Below, piece by piece: positions 13,701 to 27,229 of a stretch of 64,000 nt of DNA. Both the position numbers and the translations under genes were made by a program. Each line of letters begins with the position of its first letter. Position 1 is the first letter of the stretch. Source of the DNA: Epiperipatus broadwayi (taxonomy: Eukaryota; Animalia; Onychophora); the NCBI GenBank assembly GCA_028023455.1, contig JAQFVV010000010.1, positions 1,302,001 through 1,366,000 of the forward strand, read 5' to 3'. Under the pieces are notes generated by a model. The model did no database searches. It saw nothing but the letters and a program-made list of their open reading frames with translations, and was not told the DNA's origin.

Positions 13701-15569
13701 TAAGGTATCTCTAGTGTAAAGATTGGGACAAAAGAATGTTTGATCAGAATGATAGGATAAGATTAAGAAATTTGCGAAGGAATGTTAATCCAAATAGTTA
13801 AATAAAATTATTAAATTTGATTATAGGAAAAAATTAGCTCTCAAAGCAAATCAGTAATTTGAAAAGCATTAAACACAGGAAGAAATTTGGTATTAGCTGT
13901 ATCTAAGTTAAAAATGAAAGCGTAAATGTAATATATGTGTGAATGTAAATATTTTTTTTTTTTACTCCATGGTAATCGTGATCCCCTGATAATTAGGAAA
14001 TAAGTATTGGTATTTTAAACTTATTGATATTATCCATTGATTTAGGAACAGATATATGTTTAGATTTTTTTTTATATAATACGGTTATAAAACAAGGGAA
14101 AAACATGCGAGTTATCAAGCAAATGGGTATATGTTTCTGTATTGAATTGTAGTTTGTTAAATAAAATTTGTTATTTGTTTTAAATAAAATTTGTGTATGT
14201 CTCAATGTTTTTGTGGGTTATTATTATCTAGATATCTCAAGCCAATCATACATCAATATATTATTATTAATATTTGAATTATCATGTACGTAAATAATAT
14301 GCGATAAAAATTATTTAAAATGGTTGATTTCTGATACTTAGAATTACCAAATAATTTAATATAAGTGAAATATAAATTATGGATAGGGATAGTTATTGAG
14401 TGATAGAGAATGCAGGGGGTGGACATAAAATCCTTTCTCCATCCATTGTATTCAAACACCTCTCTCTAGACGCACTTCTTTATAATTTTGTTATAATTGT
14501 GAATATGTTTATAATGTATTTCTAATAGATTTAATAAACTTAAATTATTCCGAGCTTTAATGTAAATAGATATTACACTACATTAAAGACAGCCCAAGGT
14601 CACCTTAGAGGTGATCAAGAGAGGCGTGTTTATCACCAATAATCTGTTGCAGCTTATTCGATTTCCACACCTAATTGTTCTAAAAACCTTGAGAAGAGAT
14701 TATAATGGGAGAAATGAGCTGGCAAGAATGTAAAGTTTAATGGTAAATAGATAATAGTGTAATAGACCTATGGATGTGAAGTTGATGGAGAAGTAGATCA
14801 GGAAGATAGATATAGAACTTTGTAATTAGAATAAAATTTTAATTGTAGCTTTAATGACGGTGAATGGGAGTGTGCTGAGAATAACCAAGAATTTCTAGGA
14901 ATATTAATATTATTAATTTTAATGCATTCTCAGTGCTCTCTGAATCGATTATTTATTAACCCATTCATTAAATATTATTACTGAAAATTATTGAAGTGAG
15001 ATTTAACCTTTATATTTTATTAAAGTTGCAATTTGGCGCCCTGGCAATTAAAATTATAGATGTTCTGTACCATCATCATCATCATCCCAGTAGGCTTTAG
15101 AAATAGTGCCAGCTGGGAATGATGAAGCATCCATCGATCCATCTGTAAAATGTTACAATTGGCATGCAATTTAGCTGCAAGTGTTTAAATGCCATATAGA
15201 TTTAAATATAGTACAATTAATCCATAACGTGGATGTGCGATCATTTGAATAAAATTCTCATTTGTTAGAATAAAGTGATAATTAGCTTAAACTGTCCAAT
15301 AATATACGTGATATTTGTAAACTCTCCCAATCATTTTAGTTCTATTTGAAATACAATGTGGATGACCAATTAAGAGATTGCAAAATACGTTTTATGTCAA
15401 TTTGAAAAGTTTTTATAAAAGTAACAAAGTAAAGCATAACTTTTCATTTGTTAGAATTGACTTTTATTTAGTTACAATTGGCTTATAACGCGCTCGCATG
15501 AAGGAGATTATATTTAGAAAATATTTAATTTATACAAACCAATTTTTATGCTCAATTCATTTTGTTACA
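10756..15569 (+). mobile_element. Candidate ~4.8-kb LTR-type element or LTR composite (boundaries uncertain)
   Basis: TGTAGC start after (AT)n at 10756; GTTACA end at 15569 before g(TA)n. Internal gttgca|attTGGCGCCC (15030-15041) resembles an LTR end plus PBS. Shares short motifs (aggtttgaacac, agagtgtgtgca) with 3374-4228. No convincing ORF. Confidence 0.35.
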
Positions 15570-15734
15570 GTATATATATATAGTTGTAAAGGGCTGCTAA
15601 ATGTTAAACTAATAAATGAATAATTAAAATATTTTGTTGAATCATGAAGTCTCTAACTTTATTTCTTAGATCTCTATTGTTATTTCAATTATTGTTGACT
15701 ATATTCATAAATTGGATAAATCAGTTTACAAGTG

Positions 15735-18720
15735 ATGCAAATGATCATGGATGAGATGTGATACACTATAGCTTCTCCTTTCTCAGAGTAGGAATCTCTC
15801 AGTCACTATATCCAGAGAAACCTGTTAGCCACCTTACCTTTCCATTCCCCACTAAATTTTTCCCACATTCTTCTCAGATATAAAGGCAAAGACTTTATAT
15901 CTCAATATCCCTTATCTTTTTCCAAACCCAGCACACAAACCAAGAACTCACTTTCTGTATAATCACTTAGTTTATATTTATTTCCTCACAACATGATTAT
16001 TTGCATACTTTCTGCTTGTAAGAATTTCTATGCCTTTATTACATAACTTGCTATCATCCATATTTTTCCATTTATGTTGCTAACAATCCTGTTCAAGCCT
16101 TAAACAGCCTGCTATTATCATAAATTAACTCCACTCAATTCCTTTCCACTACAACACTCAACAATTCTCCTAACACAATCATCCCATCTTTTGAATAAGT
16201 ATATGAACATAAAATCTTTATCCAAATATTCTGCATACCATATAATCTTTTTTACCCATCTTGTTGCCTGTCTTTTACTTATTTCCCAATTAAATACTAT
16301 TTTGACTATTCTCTTATTATCCGTAAATTGCAATCTGCCAACCATTTTCATTTTACTTTTTGCATCTCTCATACAAAAACTTGGATCATCACATTTCAGC
16401 TTGAATTGCCTCCTTTGCCAACCACACATCTGCATCTAAGGCATGTCTTACTACTTTGTATTTTTTTCTAAGTAATCTAACATCCCTTTTCTAACACATA
16501 ATACATCATTACCATAAGTTAACCCTGCTACTACCACTCCCTTCCATACAATTCTAGCTACATCATATTTATTATATGAAAACACTGTTAATTTCTTTTA
16601 TCAGTCCCTTTTTTTCACTTCATTTATCAATTTTTTCTCCCATTTATCCAAACAATTTCTCTGATTACTTAAGATGATTCCCAAATACTTAAACCTATTC
16701 ACCACATTTAACTTTATATCCCCCAATAAAAATTCTTTCTCTTTCTCCAGTTTTTATCATCATTACTTTTGATTTTACTTCACTAAATTTAATCCCCATT
16801 TCTTTACCCAGCCTTGTGCATGTCATCAGCATAACTTTTATATCTTCGTTACTTTCTATGCACAAGAACATATCATCAGCAAATAAAAGACTTGATAATA
16901 TATACACTCCTTTTCCATCTATTAACTTCTATCTCTATTCCTCTTCCCAGCATTTCTATTGCTTTCTCCATTTTTCTCAAATATAACAACAAAATAGGTG
17001 ATATATGGCAATCTTGTCTTAATCACATCTCACTTTTAAATCTAACAGATTCTATATTTCCTAACTTATACATATACTAAATATTTTTATACAATCTCTT
17101 AATAAGATCCACTAAAGCTCCATTAATTCCAAAATTTATTAAACTTACCCATAATTTATTTATATTTACTCTATTATATGCCTTCTCTATAATCTATAAA
17201 GACCATATATAACTGTCTACCTGTATTTCTATAAATGTTTATAAGTTGTGTGACTACAAATAAACTAGCTCCTATATGCCTATCTGATCAAAAACCTCCT
17301 TGCAGTTCTCCCACTATATTATTTTCTTCCATTCATTTTATCACCCTTCCAGCCACCATATATCAAAAACTTTATACTTAAATAAGGCTAACACCTTAGT
17401 ACTTGCGCCTTGAGTGCTTAATTTATTACAAGAGAGACCTCTACAAATCTAAATGCAAGATTCGACTTTGTAAAAATAAGAGTGGGCCGCTCTTATTTTT
17501 ATAAAGTTGAATCTTGGGTTTACATTTGTAGAGGTCTCTCTTGTAATAAATTAAGCACTCAAGGTGCATGTACTAAGGTTTTATCCTTATTTAAGTATTA
17601 CATGCTGACATTGCACTTAATAACAATTAATATTTACAATTTTAAAAACTTTATATAATACTGAGGTTATCACTATCAGTCTATAATTGTTTAATTTTCT
17701 ATGATCCTTACCCTTTCCTTTAAATAATAGCCTTATTGTTGTATTATTTCAACTAACTGGAAAGTCTTCTGTGCCATCTTATTAAAACATGTTAATAGAC
17801 ATAATTTTGTCTTATTTCCTAAATTCATCACCTTCTCTGCTCCCATTTATCTAAACCTCTTGCCTTTTCACTTTTCAAATTCTTCCCTGCCTCATTCATT
17901 TTTTATACATCTAATATTTCCACTACTATATACTTTTATGTTTGTTATCACTATCCTTCACATCTAACATCTTTTCTATATACATTACATTTATATTTAA
18001 GATTGTCTCTAATTCTTCTCTAGAGCTACACTCTTTTCCCTCATCATCTAGTAATAGTATTTCTCTTTCTCCCTACATTCCTTCTTTTAATATGTTTCCA
18101 AATTTTTTTAATCCCATTTCTTCCATTTTTATTAACATCCCCACTAATTTACTATTTAATTTCATTCTCTCTATATAATTATCTACTTTAGCCAACAACT
18201 TTCCCATTTAATATTAACATCTTTTTTATTTTCTTTGTTTTTAATAACACATTTATATTCTCTGGATGTTTTCCCCTCTCTTTTACATTTTTACTAATTC
18301 TCACTTTTCTATTACTTTTATTCTTCTGAATATTTTTACCTAATACCCTATTCACCACTTTTTTTACTTCACTACACCAGTCCTTATATTCCCCCAACAA
18401 ACTCTTCCATGATTTCTTCTACTTTTATTTTATATTCTTTCTAACATTCTTATCATTCATTCTCCATTCACATCTCTCACCTTTATACTTTTATTACTAT
18501 TTTCAATCACATTACTAATCATTTCTATTATAAAGAAATTATGAACACTATTACATACTCTCCCTTCATTATCAAACACTTTAATTTTCCATAATTTATT
18601 CATTCTCTCTTTCTCCACTAATATATAATCTATTGTGTGAAATATATTATTTCTAGACCAACTCAGATTGTGAAAAGTGCCATCTGTGCTTGAAAGAAAG
18701 ATTGTCTTAATTGTATGCAC
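15735..18720 (-). mobile_element. LINE (APE endonuclease + RT) copy A, decayed, interrupted by a palindromic insertion
   Basis: ORF 18457-18720 SWSRNNIFHTIDYILVE...NSVHN resembles the APE C-terminus. ORF 16695-16907 SLLFADD. 3' region shared with copies B and C. Confidence 0.85.
17377..17643. mobile_element. Palindromic insertion with 45-nt tail and 12-bp target-site duplication
   Basis: Near-perfect palindrome 17374-17598 centred at 17486. aaaaactttata is duplicated at 17365-17376 and 17644-17655; LINE copy C (~36350) shows the empty site. Confidence 0.9.
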
Positions 18721-19710
18721 AGAATATTAAATGTTCATATGTTAAAAAAAAAAGAAGTACCTAATCAATCTCACAAATCACAGTATTGAATTAAAGATAA
18801 TTTTGTATTAATATCAATAATTTTTTTAATAAAAAAAAAAGTATATAACAGTGATCATTTTTATAATAATAGTGTTGACTAATGTCCTCAAGCTAATACT
18901 GAAATCCATTATGTAATCCAGGAATAAACATTACAAGACAGATTATTTGCGGTTTATATAAAAACCACAAATTTAGAAATAATATAAATAGCCACAATTA
19001 TATAAAAATAAATCATGTTAGATCGAAAAAAATGTAGTTATTTACCATTTAAATTTGATCATTAATTTATAATAAAATTGATTAATATCACGTTTCTTTT
19101 TTTAAATTTAAAAATATTTTTGTGTAGATTTATTTTTTACGCATTTACTGAAAACTGATAATGACTGCATGTTACCAAGAAATTTGACAAACAGATTACG
19201 TTTTGTACTAGTCACTACCAATAACATTGTGTGAGATGAATTAAAGTTACTTTCTTCAAAATTAACTTAAACTTCGTAGAAATGTCTTTTTTTTTCTTAT
19301 GTAGATCTAATGTAGACACGTTTTTTAAATTTTTTTCTTGTACTGTATATTGAATTTTTATTACGTAAGCACAATGATATTTTATATGTATTATCTGTTA
19401 AGCATTTGGTAGCTCGAATACGAAATGGTGCTCACCATGCTGTTATATATTTTTAATAATGATAATTAAGGAAGAATATTAATTATATGTTTATACGAAA
19501 CTTTTCTCGTATATATATTGTATTCACTTTTTGCTGGATTTCTTGAAAACATGTATTTTGCAATATAAAGTATGTGATTGTAAGAGAAAAAAGTTTGATA
19601 TTATATAACAAGAGTAAATAAATGCCCAATTCTAATAATATTGGCTAAATTTTAATTTTATTATTAATATATTAGTTTATTTTTAATTTATTTAGTTATA
19701 AGTTTAACAA

Positions 19711-20935
19711 TGTGTGATGTGATGTCCTGTGATTTCTCCTTATACAGAGTCAGGAATCTCAGCAACTATGCCCAGAGAAACCTGTTAGCCACTTTAACTT
19801 TCCATTCTCCTCCATAAGTTTTCTCATATTCTTCTCTATCCTGCTCCCATTTCATTTCCACAATATAATCTTTGTCAACTCCAAGGCTTTTATACCTAAA
19901 TCCCCCTTATCTTTTCACAAAACCAATAATCCACTTTCTGTATAGTCACTTTGTTTATATTTATTCTTCCACAACTTCATTATTTGTACCCTTTCTGCTT
20001 TCAGGCATTTACATTCAATTAACAGATACCCAATATTTTCTATGCCTTCCTTACACAGCTTGCAGACTAAATCACCCACATTTTTCCATTTATGTGTTTA
20101 TTCTTTTGTTGCTAAAGATCCCATTTGAGCCATAAACAGTAAACTATTTTCCTTGCTATTATCATAAATGAACTCGCATCCAATATTCTGTTTACTTCTA
20201 TATATATTTAAACTCTTTTTACTTTCCATACTAGTTCTCCATCTCCCTATTCTTTATAAATGCATCTATTCTTCTATTCCATTCCTTAACACTACAACAC
20301 TCAACAATTCTCCTAACACAATCATACCATCTTTTGTATAAGTATACTGACATAAATTCTTTATCCAAATCTGCATATCACATTACCTTTCTTACCCATC
20401 TTGTTGCCTGCCCTTTATTCATAACCCAATTAAATACTATTTTAGCTATTCATTTATTATCCATAAATTGCAATCTACTGAACATTTTCATTTTGCTTTT
20501 TGCATCTCTCATATAAAAGCTTGACAATCCCAGTTCTCATTGAATTGCCTCCTTCGCCATCCACATATCTGCATCTAGTGCACATCTTCCTACTTCTCTT
20601 CGCACTTTTTCTAAGTAATCTAATACTCCTTATAATGCATCATTACAATACACTTCCTTCCATACAACTCCAGCCACATCACACCAATTACATGAGAATA
20701 CCACCAATCCCTTCATCAATCCCTCTCCTTTCCTCACCTCATCCATCAACTCCCTCCTCCACTCATACAAGCAACCTTTCCAATTATCCAATACGATTCC
20801 CAAATAGTTATACCCATTCACCACCCTCAATTTTATATCCCCCAACAAAAACTCATTGTCCTCTCCCTCCCAATATCAACCATCACTATCCTGACCCTTA
20901 TTCACTAAACTATCAAACTCTCCATACAGTAATGC
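19711..20935 (-). mobile_element. LINE copy B, 5'-truncated
   Basis: Tail tgtgtgatgtgatgt at 19711; homologous to 34.5-35.7 kb. ORF 20630-20848 YNYLGIVL is an RT thumb motif. Confidence 0.85.
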
Positions 20936-20949
20936 CACCCAGTATAAGC

Positions 20950-21095
20950 CTTAGTAATCAATGTATGTAAAAAGGTTTGTGCATAAAATCCCTATTTAAT
21001 GCCTAATCATCCAATATCTCCAGACTATTTTTTTAACTTGTGGGCTTTCATCAGTGAAGAGTCTTGGAACTGAGAGCACTGCACCTAGATCTAAT
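20950..21095 (-). repeat. Single copy of the 28.3-28.7 kb pseudo-LTR unit with degenerate hammerhead
   Basis: tgtgcataaaatccc...catccaatatctccagacta...ctgagagcactgcacctagatct matches 28389-28500. CTGATGA on the minus strand at 21048-21054. Confidence 0.8.
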
Positions 21096-24000
21096 GTATC
21101 CCTCCACCAACCACCTTTTACCTATTTAATTAAATATGAGGCTAGGAACCCAAGATGAAACATTATATGTTTTTCAATTCAATATTATTCATTTCTATAG
21201 TCATATAGATCTGAAATCAGTTCGACATCTATACATTTTGGTATCTAGTTTTTCAAAAACTACAGTCACCATTATGTTTTGATAGTTATAAGACTTATAA
21301 TTAATTATTTTAATTATAAAATGTTAAATTCTTAGTAGATCTAGCAGTTAAGGTGTTTAACTGATGTTGATAAATAATATACTTTGATTATTACTGATAA
21401 ATATTTTCTTTGATGATCACTCCTAACATATTCTATACTATTTCACAATAATTAAAAAATATTTTTCTAAAACTTTTACAATCAAAATAACTCTCCAAAT
21501 TCAGATAAAAAACACAGGGAAAGCCAATCACTCCTGAATGTATTTGACTCAATAAAATGACTATTAAATACACTTAGACCTACACAATTCCCAGGTTTTA
21601 TGTGCTAATAGGCTTAGACTCACACAGTTCTCAGGTGTTGTATTATTATTTTTTGCACTGATGTATATCATATAAATTTAATGTATCTGCTATAATCTTT
21701 AGTCCCACAGCAATCATTTTTTCAGAAACTATCTAAATGATAATTAATCAACTTTTATTATATTTATAATTAAACATATATAATGAGTTATTTATTTATA
21801 TAGTGCTATGTTTTTAATCTGTAATAATAATAAATTTAAGCATTTAATAAATACTCTCCTTTCCAAACACAAGATAAAGTCGTTTGAAAAAACAGAATAA
21901 AACCATTCTATCTTTTTAACCTAAACATATATGTATAGAAAAATTTTAAGCATTTAGAAATGAGAACACAAAAATATTAAATAATCACTTTCAGTTCTTT
22001 TTACTATGTTTTAATGAATGATGCTTGCAAAAAATTTACAATTTATAATACTTTTTCATATATTCATTAAAATATTTTAAATTTAATACAAGCACAAGTA
22101 TATTATATCATTGGTATTTTTATTCACATGTTCCATCTTTTTTTTTAACATCTCACCTTTTTTATTCATGTGTCTATGATTTTACACAATCAACAGACAT
22201 TTCTGCCCTTCAAATAATATGCATGTAGGTATTAAAGAAACTATGATAGTGATCCATAGAAATTATTTTCAATTAAGAACCAGACATCAATTAGATTTAG
22301 CCATTAACATAGTTTTCTTATATCTACATCTTTATATTTAAAGCATATTATATGGATTGTAAAGGTTTTAGAAATGCAAGATCATTGGCATGTAACAAGA
22401 GATAAAAGATTTTAAAAAAGATGGATTATATAAATGCTTAAAATGTAACTGTTTCTAACAAAAAAAAATTAATAATTATTTAGGCATAAATCCAAAAGTA
22501 TACATTGTTGTAAATAGATGCATACTAAAAAAAGCTTAGCATTAATAGAATATCCATGTTAAGGATATTTTTCACAATGTAAATATTTCAAGCACTAGAA
22601 TCCTATTCAGAATTGATGATCCTTACTAAAGAAAAATCAGAGAAACTATCAGATTCTTAATTAGACTATATATATATATATATGCAAATTACCTTCTATT
22701 TAAAAAAATATTTCAAGTTTATTAATCAAAATATCTGTTGATTTTGTCTATCGTTTTTCATTGGCTGTCATCTCACACTTTAATATTTTAAAAATGTCTA
22801 TTTTTTTTTGTTGTTGGATTAGTTTGTAATCTTATTCTAATGTTGTTATTTGCAGTGCCTCTAGAAGGGTTTTCAAAATAACATTTCTTAATCAGTTTGA
22901 TGGCTAGAGTGATTTAGCCAAAACATCAGTATAATAGTACTGTTAATTATATATGGGTGAACCCCAATTGTATATGCATATTATACTATTAAATTATCAT
23001 TGATTTCTGATATCTGTAATTCTACCTGTACCTAAATTTTTTAACATTGCATATCTCCTTCATAGTTTGAAATGGTATTTTACCAGTGACACAAATATAT
23101 TTTACCACACCTAACATCATATTATATCACTATTGCTTAAATCATAACAATATTTTAAAAAAGACAAAACAAATAAGAAAAAACAAGACAAAATAAAAAA
23201 GTCAATAAATATATATATTTGTAATAACAAAATGTGGCTAATTACTACATTCTGAAATTTAAAATAGTTCATGTATAAACATCTTCAAAGCATAACATTA
23301 AACAATACAAATATTCTTAATTAAAATATATTAATCAGATTTCAACATAACTACTTTCATCAAGTATATCAAATAAGTTTAAATATGATATGTAGCATAG
23401 GCAAAGATGTACATTACATTAAAAAGTGAATAATATTTTATATTGTATAACAGCAGTATATCAGATGTTTTAATATTGTTGTATATATGATGTTTAAGAT
23501 TATAAATATAATAATTTGAAAATCATTATCTTATGATGCATCACACATAATAATAATTCTTTCAGTACCATATAAGATAATTTATATTTAATAAGATTAT
23601 GCATTCTTGAAGGAGAAAAAAAACTAAAATATTAAATTTTTATTTTTAAAAAAATAATTTATTTTTGCAATATTTATTCTACTTTATCTGCATTAGTTGG
23701 TAGTGAACAGATATTTAAAAATTCACATTAATTAAAGGAGGATTTTGTTTACTGACCATGATGCCATGTTATTTTTTATTTTGCATCAATAATAGTTTTT
23801 TATGTAATATAATAAAAGACCACCTGACAAGTGGATAATGCATCTGTCTGCATTATCAAGCTGAAAATGTATGAACACAGTCAGAATGGAGAACTATATA
23901 TTATCAGGGTAACTTAAGTGATTACAATACTAGTGATGGAAACAGTGCTGGAAATGTCAAGTAGAAAGATGATGTGAAAAATTTTATAGAGAAAAAATTT

Positions 24001-27000
24001 CACTAGAATAGTTCGCGTGGTTATAAGTTTGCTTACAAATCCTTTTTAAAAAAGACATGCAAGATATTTCACAAGAGAAAAACATTTTTATTATAATTTA
24101 TGTAATTACAAGAGCTAAGCAATAGTAAATTTTAGAAAATTTTTGTCAATTTACAACATGGAAGTGTCGATATTTTGGTTGTAGATAATTGCAATATTTT
24201 TACCACTTGTGGAAAGGTGTCATGCTTTAGAGAACTAAGCCATGGCTCTCCTTTAATAAGCAATGAAATACAAAAGAAAGATTTTTATTTTTAAAAAAGG
24301 TCAAAAAAAAAAAAGGTAATGAGATGCCAAATAAAAACAGACATTGGTCAAAAGTAGATGAACCATAGGAGCATATCGATTTATTATTGTGTCAAGATGT
24401 AAAATGTTAATTGTATTTTTTGAAAAATAAAAAGATTATATATTTTTTTCTTTCTAGTTTAGTACAAAGTCTGGGCCTTGATATCCAAGAATCATAGTCT
24501 GGCAGTGTTATTTGTGGTGTTCAAATTCCTTATGAGCTCCTGAACAATAAAGCATTCAAATATTTTTTTATTAGACAGTAGCTCAATGCAAATACATACA
24601 TACATTTCAAGAACTCTACAAACATAAAAAAAGAAAAAGTATGCTATTTTATTTTACTTTTCAAATATGAATAATGAAGTTTCATTTGTAATTTTTCAAA
24701 AAATCAATTTTTTTTCTATATTATTTTGAAAAGCATGTATTATCTAAAAGAATCATAAAATAACATCAATTTTTTTTAGAGAATGTTTATTTGTTTGTAT
24801 GTTTACAATTCTACAAAATATTGATGAAAACTGTTGACTTAAACAATGAAATGAATAAAAAAAAATGCTTAGTATAAATATTGTTTAAATTATTATCAAA
24901 TTTGAATCAGAAAATATTTTTTGAGAACTCACTAATTTAAAACAATTAAGATATCAAACTTGCTTTTCAGAAGTATGAATTTTTTTATATATATTCATAT
25001 CTTTCCATCTCTGAAGAATACTATTAAACAATCAAAACTGACAATTTGAATGAGAAAAGCATAAAGAAATTGTTTAGTATTAAGTGTATATATAAAATAA
25101 TTTTAATATTATTAGATATAAAGGTTATTAACAAATATAAGCCACAAATAAATTTGAATTATATAAAATAATAAATTCCTAATTTAGAACAACTAAAACT
25201 GAGCATACAAATTTTGTTTTACAATTTGCATTTTTATTAAAAAATAAAACTCCAGTCATTATTGTTTTTTAAAGAAAAAATTAAGCTTTGAAATTGTTGA
25301 ATTATAATTATTTAAAATTGTGATGATAATAATAAGAAGAAAAAAAGGATATACACATAGATATTTTATATGTAAACCAATGTAAAATTTTAAGTAAATT
25401 TTTGGTGTCACATTAGAGTTTACTTTTGTTTGTTTGGATGGTTGGGTAGCAGATTCAGGATGTGGATTAATTTCCATGGGTCAACTTTGTCACTTCAAGT
25501 TCTCAAATTTCTTATGAACATCCCTTATACAATTACCTTTTTGTTGTGTATGGTTCAGTAGAATAGTAGAGCATAAGATCCTGAAGTGTGAGACTTGGAT
25601 TTTCTTATGAACTTCCTAAAAATAAAGCCATTTGATTACTTTTTACTTTAGGAGGATAGTTTAATAATTGATGAAAAAGAACAATAATTAATTGTAGCTT
25701 ATCATAAAGAAAAGACAAAAGTTTCCTGTATTATAATGGAAGCAAAATAAATAGACCCCTTTCTAAGCACAATAAGCAGTGATAGTAAAAAAAATAAACC
25801 CCATTTTTTGTAATGATACCAATCTAATTGGCATGCTGTCCATCATAAAAATAACATATCAGTAAAACATTTTCTTTAATGGCAAATTGAATAATAAATA
25901 ATAGAACAGCAATGGTATTAATATTTCTTTTAAAAAACAAAGGCAGTTGAGGTAAAAAAAATAGAAAAGTATTTGAATGATGATTATTAAAACCCAATCG
26001 TGGTTGCAAGCTACTTGAGAAAAAATAATATTTAAAAGTCTTGGTCCTGAAGAATATTTGGAGAAATGAATGTGCATTTAAAAAAAAAGCAAAATAAATG
26101 CTGTGATCTTAAAAAACCAAAATAAATTAAGTGTTGAACAATCTAAAATAAATGCACTATGTATCCCAATGAAAAAGTGACAAAGTACTCTCTACAAGCT
26201 ATCTTTAATATGATCTGTGAATCAAAACATGTATTAAATAGGAATATAATTAGCTATTTCCCACAAAATGTTGTCTGGATCATGAATATTGACATGAAAT
26301 GTGATAGTATGATTCAGATTTTCATCAATTATCTTCAATGCTTTCACTACCATAATAAAATCTCACAAATCATTTGAAAACATTTTTGTGATCCATGGCT
26401 TCATTACCATATGCAGTTTGAATCATTTTAAATGTTTCAATAAACAGTTTTGTTCAATTTAATAGTAATGCATTGTTTTATCATGAGTTAAAATACACTG
26501 TCACCTTTTATCTCATAATTCTTAATCCAGCCCAACTTGTGCCTTAACATTTTTGTAGTGAATAACTAAATTATATCACTATATAATGTTTTGATTTAGA
26601 CTTGCACTTCTGGAAACTTGGACAAAGAACTGGTCATCTTTTTAGTGGTACACACTGTATATTATAAGATTTTCCAAGACAGATTCTCCATTGTAAAACG
26701 TTCTGATAAAACTATTGCTCCTGACTGAGAAGATTGAAGTGCAGGAGTGAAAAAAATTATTTTTCTTATTTAAAAAACCTAACACTTATCAAAAAGATTT
26801 ATAAATCTATGGATGACTTACTTATTTTGGAGAACACTGTTATGAAACAAATATCATTAGAAAGTTTGTACTAATTAATTTGTTAACAATACTTTCATTA
26901 ATTAAAAAAACTGTTGAACTAACAATAGTTCCATTAATAAAAAAAATTGATGAAGTGATAGAATTTTGTATTTCCAAAACTAAATCTTTTTACATCCCAA

Positions 27001-27229
27001 AGAAAACTTTATTACAAAAGGTTTTATTAAATTTGACATTTTTCTTCAGTATTAACATTATTTTTTTTTCAAAAGAAACTTTATTGAGTTTAATAATTAT
27101 ACAAACAGAATTTAAAAAAAAAAAAAACTAGGAATACACATATATGTATCATCATGACAACTTGATATTTACATGAATAATCATGAGGGAAAAACACAAA
27201 TATATAAATAAATTTATATATTAAAAAAT

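Noticed and set aside
17377-17643. Hammerhead within the 17.4-kb palindrome
   Set aside because: No CTGANGA/TTGANAA plus GAAA arrangement on either strand.
24134-24292. Plus-strand 52-codon open stretch KIFVNLQHGSVDILVVDNC...
   Set aside because: Weak acceptor, no homology I can name, no supporting neighbouring exons.
25540-25620. tRNA gene or SINE (ggttcagtagaatagtagagc...)
   Set aside because: Only an A-box-like fragment; no cloverleaf or clear B box.
26040-26080. CTGAAGA...GAAA as hammerhead
   Set aside because: No stem II complementarity and no stem III/NUH arrangement.
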